From: Catajapyx aquilonaris | Taxonomy: Eukaryota | DNA length: 63,488 bases | NCBI GenBank assembly: GCA_000934665.2 | Contig: KZ538112.1 | Coordinates: 62,001 to 125,488, forward strand | Direction: 5' to 3' | Shown: positions 40,641 through 52,230 of the stretch, piece by piece | Layout of the letters: each line of letters opens with the position of its first letter | How positions within the stretch are numbered: position 1 is the first letter of the stretch | Program-made: the position numbers and the translations under genes | Notes under the pieces: generated by a model | Databases searched by the model: none | Told to the model about the DNA's origin: nothing | Seen by the model: the letters and a program-made list of their open reading frames with translations, nothing else

Positions 40641-43600
40641 CTATTTTTGCATTTCCAAGCCGAGTGAGTTAGGGTCAGGGCAACATAGATAAAAAGTCCT
40701 GAAACTATGTTCCGGAAGCTAACTTCAGAAACAATTGTGGACACAGCAAAAATATAGAGGTGAGGAAGAGGCTGGGAAAGATGACAATCGGAGTCAAGAC
40801 GCGCGTCCATTTATCTGGCCAAGGATTTTGTACGCCACTCGAATCCACAATGGACCCGCTGACCTTCTAATTATGAGGTCATTCGCTACTCAGCACCCAT
40901 GGAATTAGTGGAAAGCAGTGGAAATAAAAATAACTTGTCTTCATTTTTATTTGCTGTAGCCTACGCATAGCCTACAAAGTTGTAGAACCAGATACGTCGG
41001 TAATAAACAATTTGAAGAACAGGTATAGGTGCGGAAAGGGAAGGTCCTGCCGAAACTCGCACGTATCAGTATGTGCCTAGAGGCACTCTGGTGTGAAACA
41101 CGGACGCTTCATTATTTTCTGAGGTGTAGGCGTACCCATTGTAAGAGTATTTTGCTGTCAGTGTATACACGCATACACTAGCAACCTACCCATAATAAGC
41201 ATCAGGAGTGGCGAAACAGAAGTTGACATAGGCCATATTATAGTATCTGTTCATCACACCCATTTTTTTGAGGTTAAAAATACTCGAGTCGTATACATTT
41301 ATAGCAGTATTTTTTTTTTACGACATCTCATTATATTTCGAGAGGTTTTCTTGTTTCCGTTTTGCTTTACTGGTGCTATAACAATGTAGCTGTAATATAG
41401 CCTCAAAAGCTCTTGCCACATTCGACCATGACAGTCTTCTAGGCTTCTGATAATATTGGGGGTCGCCCTCTAGTTTCATAACAATTTGCTTATAAACATT
41501 ACAAGTGACGCCGAAAGGGAATTTGACAACACCCAAAACTCTGTCACGGTCATGACCTGCACTGAAAGTGAGTTGACTTTATAAATTATTCACATCCAGT
41601 AGGCCTACTACATGTTTATACAACGTTTTAGGGCAGGTCGTGTACGGTTTTACGTCCTAGATACTATAGGAGAGTTCCCACGACATCCCCATTTGATATG
41701 TGTGCTCGAGAAGCCATCGCACACCAAGTGTTCGAGGTCACCGCTAGGAGCGCTGCCCTACCATCCACCTCCGCTCGAAGCGGCTTGAAAATTACAGCAC
41801 AGGTGAGGAATTCCAACCGTGGAGTCAAACCAGCCCAGTCGGAGGCCACGGTCTGGTCAGTTCGGTTGTGATGAGGTGTGAAGGACAGAATGATGGTCAC
41901 CAGGTGACCCTACCGCCCCCGACATGAGGCCCAACTCATCTCATTTCGCCAACAGTCACCACAGGCATAATTCCGGCCACAACGGAACCATCCCTAGTAA
42001 GAACCTCTTTTGGCCTTCAGTTTTTAAGCAAGGTGTGCCCACCTGCTTGACTTTCAATGGCGCTTTTATACACTCTTCTCTCATTGATTGTATCTTTGTA
42101 ATGAGTAGGGGACAGACAATTGTTTTGGAGACCGATTGTTGGAGGGTTGTAATTTATTAAATGACAGGTATGTTGTTGACAGTGGTTATGTAATGTTGCA
42201 CAACTGTAGAGAGTAATTAGTGCTAATTTTGATGGCAATAAGGATATAATTAAAACTGACATTTGCAAGTTTTATCAGATGAGAAACGGGTCCTAGTTTG
42301 ACTTTAAAACCAGAGCACGTACCAATAATGATTCTAGATCAGTAAGGTCATTTTTGGTTGTTGAACTTGCTCCATTTTTGATTGTATGGGCATATTCTGA
42401 AAAATTTTCGTAGGCTAATGACCATCATTAGGGTAGAAGATAATGATCTGGAGTAGGGCATGCTGAGTAGAAAAGGCAACAAGTAATAAATAACTGTACG
42501 ATACCGGTGCGGCAATTACACCTGCATTTGTTTCATTGCTTTTGTCTTATTGCTGGAAAAATGTGGAGCATCTTGTTTTAGATATACGGTATTGTGATAT
42601 CCCCCAAAAAATGTTTATGCCACCAACGTACAGTCTTGGAAAAATTATTTCGAGAACTTGTGAAACTATACCGTGTGAACTCGACCCATACACCTGACAA
42701 ATTCTGCAATAGTTGACCTGAAACTGCGAAATTTACCATAATACAATTCTTGCTTCACAAACACAGGAAAAGTTTCTTGTTCCAAAACTCACAAGCCCGT
42801 AACTCAGTCTGTGTATAGATTTTACTTCACTCTTCCTGCCTTCCACATGAAAGTGGCTGGATCATTACTAAGAATAATTTGTTTACAGTTTGTGCTTGGT
42901 AGAAAGAACTGTTGTGCGACTTCGAAGGCTGAGAATTCCCTTATTACTCGTAAGAAAAAAATGTTGCGGATTACCACAGCATCAGAAGAACGGCTCTTTG
43001 ATCCTAAGCAAAAGTGAACTGTTTGAATAGAACCGTTATGTGGGGAATACTGATACACGGAACCGGCTTTACATTTTAAAATTTTTTTGAATGGTAGACA
43101 TGTGCTCTATGAATAAGCAGAAAATGGTTGTTGGTCCGAACTAAAAGTCGTCGACCTGCTGTGCTCATCCTTCCTTCTCCAGATGTGCCTCTGGCCAATT
43201 ATGAGTCCTTTAATCGCGATGGGATTTCGACTGTGACGTGCTGGGAGGAGATTCCTACCCGAAAAAAATTGCATGTGTACGTATACAAAAAGAAAAAAAA
43301 TTACACACGCCGGAATGGCAGAGGGATAGGTTAAGGACCGACGAAAGTGTCGCTAATTAATTCGGGTGTGACAGTTCCATATGGTCCATGCATCCAGATG
43401 TTCAGACAAATGTTATGTACTGAACGTGATGTTTCGAAATCAGTTGCAAAAACTGTTATTTCCCAGAGAGAACGGTTGCTGTTCGTGGCTACAAATTGCT
43501 ATAATAGGATCACAGTGGTACAGTATTAGCTTTTCATGGAAGGATGTACGAGAATCATTTATTTTCCGTGTCGCATTACTGGTTCAGTAGATTCTGAAGC

Positions 43601-45284
43601 AAAGTAAGCCATCTGCAACACACGAATATTCTATCGTGATGCCTGCCAGTTTGATACGGTTGTCAACATGGCGCTGAACCGTGTTGTATTATATGCTAGT
43701 ACATATATCATATCACACTGTCTGTCGCAATATGGTATTACACGTGTGTAAAGAATTGCTGAAAAGATATTTTAATGTACAGTAGAGTACATGAAATATT
43801 TCATGCGGTATCCTGTTTCATGTGGAATTCATGACTTACATCACCTGCTTCCCATTGTCGTCAATTGTGAATAGCTTGGGGTACAACTTGCTGGCCGTGG
43901 CTATAAACTTATGGCATCATATGAAAGCATGATTTTACCATATTCATAAAAAATTGGAGGCACGTCAGGGGGAGGGATGACATTAACATTGGTAGGCATA
44001 CCTGGGTACAAAAAAAAAATCATTGTGTGAAATATTTCAAGCGAAGAATCGGAGGAACTCCCATCGGAAAAAGCTTACCAGTGTAACGCCCTTCAGATTT
44101 ACTTTTGGCACATGTTTTGGAAAGTATTGCTCTGAAGAAGCTCACTGTACATACGTACGCATTTATATGCCAGCCTGGGAAAATTTTTGTGGTCAGTAAG
44201 TTATAGTTTGAAGTAAAGTTATCGATCCTGTAATGCTGTACTACCACCATTCAGTTGCTTTTCTCATGAGTACAGTTATTCACATTAATGAACCTTCTCA
44301 TGATGTCTTGTTGTTATTAAGACACTGATTGATTGTCCTGTAAATAAATGGCATTGAATATAACCTCCAAAGCTTAATTCAAGTTTAAACGTGGCGAACC
44401 ATTACATATTTGTGCTCCCATGCAAAAATAATGTAGCTTACAACTAGTCAAGCACGTACAGCATTTTTGAATAATGGTAATGCACCTGTGTCATACTGCA
44501 TGTTGCAATCCCCTTTACCACTTCACTGATAAAATCAGAAAATGATTTCACATGCACGCTCCAAATTCATGAATATTGTTACTAATAAGTTTTTAGATGA
44601 CGTCATAAGAGGAAGTGTCGTCACTCTGCAAATGGGGGACTTTGGGAAAATGCAAGCGCATTGGGCGCGGTTCCCGTGGAAACGGTTACTCGTTCCTGAA
44701 ACGCCTCAGGAAACCATACTTCCGCTTGTAACGAATGGAAAGAAAAAAAAATTGCAACCAACCGAGATGAAAGGGAATGGGGTTTGGAGGATCACGAATT
44801 GCAAGCTTGATTATCGTACTTTTCATCCATCTTAACAAGCCAGCATCGTTGATTGTGAATTTGATAGAAATTGCCACTAAGTACATTGTACTATTTCATG
44901 TAGAAAATATAGGCAAATTTTTTTAAAAAAGGTATACACTTAGGAGCATTACGACTTTCTAAAATAGTAGAAGCATATGGTGGAAAACTAACTGTGAAGA
45001 GCATTTGATAGACGATAAGATTGAATGGTGCGCATCCCGTTGTGTCGCAACCCAACCGGTTGATTGCGATTGGCTAATTGGGCTCAGGCCTTCTCAACCC
45101 TCTTTTTTACTCAACCATCATGGTAAGAGTGACGTCACCGACGCTCCAATTCCCACGATCGTCCCTCTTACTTTCATACCTGTAGACCACACTTCCCGGA
45201 ACCAAGCTCTCTTTACATCTATTAGGTACCGTCACATTGTTTACTTTACAAACCATCATATTAATATTTACAAATATTTTTCAG

Positions 45285-48200
45285 ACGGACACTCCAGTCG
45301 AAATTATCAAAACAGATCTGATGACAAGCAATCTACATTGTCAAGGTATGTTTGCTATTGAACTTATTGTATCATAACATTTGATGGATAAATTTGTTCT
45401 TCAGATATTGGACTATCGAACGAGGCGAAGATGGTCAGAGGAATTCAGGAACAAACCTACAGCAAATCCGTCGGATTTGTCGTGAGAGAGGTTGCCTATA
45501 CGAAGACCCAGAATTTCAAGCCGGAAACAAGGCCATTTCGACACACAGACGATTTCACCACCACCTCCAGCCCATTGTATGGATGCGTCCACATGTGAGT
45601 CACCACCCCGGAACCATTATTTTATTGTTGTCATAATAATAATATTTCGGACAGGAGTTGTGTCCCAGGCCCCAGTTTGTGGGTCCAGGAGGTGAGTGGG
45701 GAGAGGCGGAGATGGGGGATCTGGGGGAGGCTTGGCTTTTGTCCGGTGTTGCAGCCCTTCTCCAGACACCCATGCTGCTGGAGAGGGTGGCCCCTCCAGA
45801 ACAAGGATTTCAGGAGGGATACTGCGGCGCATTTATGTTCCGATTCTGGGTGTTTGGAGACTGGACGGAGGTGTTGGTGGACGACAGGCTGCCCACCCAC
45901 AGAGGGAGACTTGTGTTCCTGGCAGGGCTTGACCCCACGTGGTTTTGGGCGCCATTGCTGGAGAAAGCTTATGCCAAGTATGTTCAATGGCTCTAATGAA
46001 TATATGAAGACCAATATAGTTCAATCTTAGGCTGTACGGATGTTACGAGCGTCTCCAGGACGGCAGCACCGGGAAATGTCTTCAAGACCTGACCGGCGGA
46101 ATAGTCCAGAGTTTCGTTCTGGCTCAGTACAACCCATACTTGAGCTACCAAGTCCTGAACAGCGCAGTGCCTCGCTCCACCCTGATCACTGCTACCATCC
46201 AGCAGCAGCGGACCATGGCTCGAAGACACCTCAGGCACGGGCTGATGACCCACCATGCATACTCGGTCACAGGGCTAGCTAGGGTTCGTCTGGGAAGCGG
46301 CAGCAGCGGGGGCAGTAGGGAAGAGTCCCTCGAAGGCGAAGAAGCTTTGGTCCGATTGCATTGTCCGTGGGGCAGAGGAGAGTGGACAGGACCCTGGAGC
46401 GACAGGAGCAAAGAGTGGTGCGCTTTGGGACAGAGGCAGAGGGACATGCTGTCTGTTAGGACTCCGGCGGAAGGTGACTTCTGGATGGCCTTCAAGGACT
46501 TCCAGAAGGTCTTCACGCATCTCTTCCTGGTCCATCTTGGTCCTGATGACTGGTTGGCAGAGCCTGCCTTGCAACCCAGGAAGCCATGGAGGGCTGTGTT
46601 GGCCAGGAGGAGGTGGAGGGCAGGGTACAACGCGGGAGGGGGACCCAGCTATGTGGGTAAGTTCATCTTACTCCGGATCGTTTGCACAGCTGCTGGGAAA
46701 CTGGATCCGGTCCACTAATTGGTTGCTGCAAGCCAGAGGCACAAATTGATCGGCTGATTACATGTCAACATAAAGAAATTTTGTAGGCATCAACCGAAGC
46801 CATTATTGGTACAGTTACTAATGTATGTGATACCACCAGAATTCCTCCGTTGACATGCAACCAAAAGATCATTATTTGTTGATAGTAACTGTTTCAATGG
46901 TGCTTCTAGTTGTTTGATGCCAATAGAATTATTTCATGTTGACACGGCTGTCATTCCAACTTCAAATAAATCAGAATTGTACATGTTGATGTGCACCATG
47001 AAATATCAGTGTGATTATTGGTCAGCTCGGGTCAAATAGCGGAATAATGAGTGAAATATCCTTCACAGGTGCAGTAGATACAATGGGAGTATATTTTATG
47101 ATTGGACACTTATTGTTGTTTTATGACTTGTTGAATCATAAGAACTTGAAACAGGACGGTAGGTCCTGTACATCAGAAGGCGGAAGCTCGGGAAGGACTT
47201 TTACGAGCTATTCAGCGGTATTTATTTCGTACTAATTCTTCCTGCTTTACTACGTTCGATTTTTAGAAGAGTTTCATGTTTTTGTGCGTCGTTTCTGTTC
47301 TCATCCACCTGAGCGGAACCGTCCCATTTCTTACAGAGACAACGGCCATGAATCCTCAGTTTAGGTTCCAGATTCCGAGGACGGGCATGTCAAAGTGCCA
47401 CGTGGTTGTGTCGGTGACCCAGCAGTACGACCCCAAGGTGACTCCGACACGCCGAAAACCCCTGCACGCCATAGGTTTCGCCATCTACGAGGTTCCACCT
47501 TCCACAGCCAGACTCACGCCTCATTTCGTGTCCGAACACGTACGTTCCCTTGTCTTAAAACATTTTCCCGACCTGACCTTGCTCCCTGTGATTTTCAGAG
47601 ACCTCTGGACGTGAGCAGAGGTCACACTGGTGCTAGGGAAATGGCCACCTTCCTGGCTCTTCCACCGGGTGACTATGTGGTCATGCCCCAGACTGCGACT
47701 CCAGACTGTGAGGCCAAGTTTCTTCTCAGGATCCTCACTGACCTGCAGAGTCACGTGTGGGAGGTCAATGACGACAATTTACTCTTCAGGAACTTTTCAC
47801 TCGAGTTCTTTCAGGAAGGGGCTCAGCTGGTGCGTACTTAACTGCAGTTTTTGTATTGACATTAAGTATATTAATACACCTACTAAATGTTTTATTGAGA
47901 ATACCAGTTGATTATTTTTCTGTCTCTTTCCACAGCCAGAGTATCGAGCTTTACTGTACAAAATCGTAGCTAAATATCCTCCTGAGGTGGAAGCAGCCCA
48001 ACTCCTCAAAATTCTCAAGTCTCAGTGGAAATGTAATTTCACGTTAATGTTTATTTATTTTTAAAGATCATATTCTGACAGAGTATTTTTCAGCCTTCTT
48101 CGTAGAGAAGCCCAGTCTAGAGTTGTGCAAGAGTCTCATCATGCTGAGGGACTTCAATATAAGTGGACGTGTCTGCATTTTGGACGTGCCAGTCCTTGTA

Positions 48201-48706
48201 AGAATGCTGCACGTGTGGAGGGTCAGTATTTCATGCAATTATTTATAACCTTGTTTTTTTAAATAAAAAAATATCCGACTTGTTCTGCAACTTGTGAGGT
48301 CGTCGCTTTTTCAGGCTGCGTTTCAAAAGTATGAGCGAGGTAACAAAGGTGGACGAACTAGCTCATATCTCTTGAGGGCTTTGTTGTGGGAAGCTGGCAT
48401 GACAGTGTCCAACAAAGCTCTGGAGTGTCTGGTGCTCAGGTTTACTAAGAATTCTGTCATAACTGCAGAGGCTTTCTTTCTTGCACTCCTGAGGTTGCAC
48501 TTGGCCCATGGTGAGCACTTTTTATTTGCATTAATGAGCACTGTAACATTACATTGTCTTCTTTCATAGAGAGATATCACAGTATCGACACAAAAATGAA
48601 GAGTAATCCTCTGAGTCTTGAGGAGGTACGGTACACCTTTTATTACCAAAGACAATATGACAGCTCTTCTTCCTTACAGATGATCTTGATGACCATCTAT
48701 TCGTGA
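45285..48706 (+). CDS. CalpC: Calpain-C-like catalytically inactive calpain (CysPc + C2-like + PEF domains); first coding exon uncertain, possibly 41924-42032
   Basis: LYEDPEF, WMRPHELC, FWVFGDWTEVLVDDRLP, FWAPLLEKAYAK, HAYSVTG, PWGRGEWTGPWSD, EGDFWM, NAGG, NPQF, and a PEF region ending LSLEEMILMTIYS*. The active-site Cys and Asn are substituted. Confidence 0.92.
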
Positions 48707-48975
48707 CCTGAATCTCACTGCCAAAATCGGTCCCACAAGGGTAAGGTAATCGGAACCAAAGAGGTGTCAGAATGAAAATACAGTGCGTGTCAATAATATT
48801 ATTCACAATAGTAATAGTGCTGTACATCTGTTTTTTTATCATGTTGACTAAGCAAAATTACAGAACTTGAAATAAAAACAATCATTCAACCCACGTGGTC
48901 AGATTTCAACATACAAAATAAATAGTCTGACTTTCAGGAACGTACACCAGATGCTGCAGTTGTCTGTGAGCATGT

Positions 48976-50636
48976 TCAACTCAGAGCACTCATAGACTTT
49001 TGGATCCAGTCTAGATAATGTGGCACATTCACATACACTCCAGGACTGTTGGCTTCTCCACATCCGTCTCCCCATGAAACCAGGCCCATTAGTACTGCCC
49101 GCCCTGAAGGTAAAAGTTTTAACAAGACATTAACAATAGAGCTGGAGTGACTTTTTGCAGAGTTTGCTTTTCTATTGTGTTTATATTTGCACAAATTGGC
49201 TGGTATGTTTGGCCATTGCGGTACTACAGACATGCCGCTGTTTGAGAAGTTAAGTCAACCTATGAAGTACAATGCACGACAGTCAATGCACTCTGCTACG
49301 TAAGAACTTATTTAAATAATCTGACGTTGTGAAGTGCAATAATTAGGAAACTATTGCTTGAACTGACCTCTGAGATCGCAGGCCAAAGGTCCTCCGGAGT
49401 CACCTCCACACGTGTCAGTGCCACCTTGAGTATAACCTGCACATAGCATTCCATCCAAAATACTGTTCGGGTTGGACGAGTATGACCGCCTGCAATCGCC
49501 GTGTGAAACCAGAGGTACCGTCGCCTCCATGAGAACCGACGATACGCTTTTCTCATCTCCAGCTGCAATATGAAAGTGTCACTAACTCCGCTTTTAAATC
49601 ATCCTATTAGGACTTACCTTTAGTAATACCCCAGCCAGTAATAGTACATGATTTTCCTGCTTGAGGTTGCGCATCCTCCTTCCTCGGCAGGCATATAGGT
49701 TTGATGTGACTCGAGAACTGCACCTTCTCGTTCAGCTTGATGATGGCTATGTCATGGCTGTGATGTCCATCTAATTAAAAATGTCACCATTACTTCAAGC
49801 ACGTAGACCCCCCAACTAGTAATTCGCACCTAGCCTGTAATTTGGGTGCAGAACAAATCGATCTAGCTTCATAACCACCTCCTTTTCATCCGTACGAGTC
49901 AAGTCATGCTCTCCTAACCGTACTTGGTACCGATCGGGACTGAAGTTTCGGAGACAATGGGCTGCAGTCAGCACATGTTGCGACGACACCAAAGCACCAC
50001 CGCAGTGGTGGACAAACCCTTGGTGCAGCCTCCTCAGCACTTGTACCTCCACCTGCAAACACAATGCATCATGACCCTTGACCCATGACGATGAGAATTA
50101 TTTGCTACTTACCTGCCAGGGATGTCTTCCATACGTGGCCTTCTTTCCTCCTATGACCCTACCCTGTCGGTCATCTCCAGGGAAGAACGGATAAAGTGAC
50201 CTAGACTGTACTGAGGCCACACCACACGTTGGTTCCGATTTGGGTTCGACAGCTCCAAGTCCGGAGAAGAGAGACGTCAGGATCTGCAGAGGAAACTTGG
50301 GTGTTCCCCCGCTTCTGCCCTCATAGGAAGGGTATGACGGAACTGATCGAGACACGTACGGACGCTCATACGATGAGTATTCTGACTGTGGGGTGCGCCA
50401 CGATGGTGACGATGGGTACGATGGATAAGACGGTTGCGATTGGTACGACGACGACGACGACGACGATGAATCTCCGGGGAAGCGTATCCCACCTCGTCTG
50501 TGACGTCTCGCTATATCATTAAATATTTACCATTAAAATAGTACTAAATTATGAAACTCGTACAATGTTTCTTACCTGATGAATATGCGGTTGAAGTTAT
50601 GTAAACAGCGAAAAGTAAGAGCACGACTTTCATCAT
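48976..50636 (-). CDS. Secreted trypsin-like (S1A) serine protease
   Basis: Signal peptide exon 50636-50576 ([20 protein letters not shown]). Ser/Tyr/Pro-rich pro-region, activation site QGR/VIGG, intact triad motifs [13 protein letters not shown] and GDSGGP, S1 Asp ([11 protein letters not shown]), and SWGDGCG...PGVY. Confidence 0.95.
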
Positions 50637-50899
50637 GACGACTAGAAGATGTCTTCTTCTGACTAGCTAAAAGATGGTAGGAACCACCTTTAACTTTCTT
50701 TCTGGAAGAACAACACAAGAAGTAGTGCGTGAATTGTACCGGTGCGATGGTGCGTGATACCGACTGTCCAAATCAGAAGGAGTGTGAGTCATGTTACCTG
50801 TTGAGTAGGTTGAAGGCCAGTCTGTGTAAGGTTGAGCGAAGGGTCCCTCGGGGAGGAAGTGGCGGACACTGCTTTAGGGAGAAATTAAATGAGTGATTG

Positions 50900-50996
50900 G
50901 GGTCAGGAGGTCACATTCACAGATCCAAGGTCACTTTCATTCACGGTCAGGATAAGGTCATCGGTTGGTGGGCCCGTGCGGTCCTACACAAGGTCA
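50900..50996 (+). promoter_or_regulatory. Cluster of nuclear-receptor half-sites upstream of the trypsin gene
   Basis: GGGTCA-gg-AGGTCA (DR2, 50900-50913), CCAAGGTCA (50925-50933), CGGTCA (50944), AAGGTCA (50954) and CAAGGTCA (50989), all co-oriented within 97 bp. Confidence 0.5.
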
Positions 50997-51742
50997 ATAT
51001 GTGTTCTCCGCTTCACCTTGAGGGTGACTTTTTGTTAATTTGCAAGTCGATGGGAATTCTTCAGCTAGCTGCTTCTTAGAATACACGACAATGCGACAAT
51101 GTTATTATAAGTTGAACTTTGATTAGAGTTGATGGAGTTTGCTTAAATATTTTTCTAGTGGTTGTAATTGCTCTAGAATGAACATCTGGATCATCAGAAA
51201 GTGCTGTTCATTGGCTATTACGCAATGGCTTAATCTGTTTCGAGCAAACTGTGACTCTGACAGTTCTGCATTTCAACTCTTCAGTTGCTGCTCTTTTGTA
51301 ACAGAACGCCACCTTTTTACATTGTGTTTCTTCTGTCATAATACTAGTTTGTAGTCCAAGCAAAGAATACGACACCATTTTACGTCCTAATCAACAACTC
51401 CTCAAATAATTTTGCCTAAAATTGTGCCTACTTCCCCAAAAACCGAGTGTCTGAATAATGTTCAAGAAACGAGTGATGTACTTACTGTATGTTCCATAAC
51501 TAACAGAACCGGACTCAGTACCCGCGAATCCTTCGAGAGAGCGGCCACATGTCCTTCTCTCTCCCTGCGCACTAACCTCAATAATTGTGAGAAAGCTGTC
51601 CAACCACCCCAACCCTTCTTGATCTAGTGTACCCCACACCCTCAGCACACTTGGATACATGAAGACTGGTATCAAAAGTGTACACACACAAAAAAAAATT
51701 GAAACGTAAATGAAACCGACTCACCTACAATCCTCGCGGCAT

Positions 51743-51777
51743 AACTCTCAGGGTTGGAACGCGCGGTCTTATTTATA
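51743..51777 (-). promoter_or_regulatory. TATA + initiator-like core promoter
   Basis: TATAAATAAG starts at 51777. An AGTT Inr-like start lies at 51746 (31 nt downstream), followed by donor AG|GTGAGT at 51724. Confidence 0.5.
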
Positions 51778-52080
51778 ATGAATGGACGTACCCCCCACGT
51801 GCGTTACGTCACAGGGGCGGGGCTGTGACGTGTCGGCCACGTGCCCCGATAACACAAGGACAAGGTTCCAGCACACGGTTTTTTGGGGGTTAATCGGGTC
51901 GTTTGTATGCGGACAGTTTGTTGTTGGAATGAGCTTGACATGTTTGGATGGATCGTAACTATTATTTTAAAGAGAGTTACATGGCCGATTTGTGTATTTA
52001 CGTAATGTGTCGTCGACCTTGTTGGTATTGTGTGTATGTGCAGGGTCATAGCCCTGAGAGTCAATAGCATACGTTCAAAA

Positions 52081-52230
52081 ACCGTTGGGCTTGCTCAGAT
52101 TGGTTCGGACTGGCTCGAGCCTGTTCGGGCTGGCTCGATCCTGTTCGGGCTGGCTCGATCCTGTTCGGGCTGGCTCGATCCTGTTCGGGCTTTCTCGAGC
52201 CTCTTCGGGCCTCTTCGGACCATTTCGGGC
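52081..52230. repeat. Minisatellite, 20-bp unit CTGTTCGGGCTGGCTCGATC
   Basis: Three perfect units at 52121-52180 with degenerate units on both sides. The unit is built from two related 10-mers. Confidence 0.9.

Noticed and set aside
50277..50492. Arg-rich protamine-like ORF
   Set aside because: It is an alternative frame of the (TCG)n poly-Ser in the trypsin pro-region.
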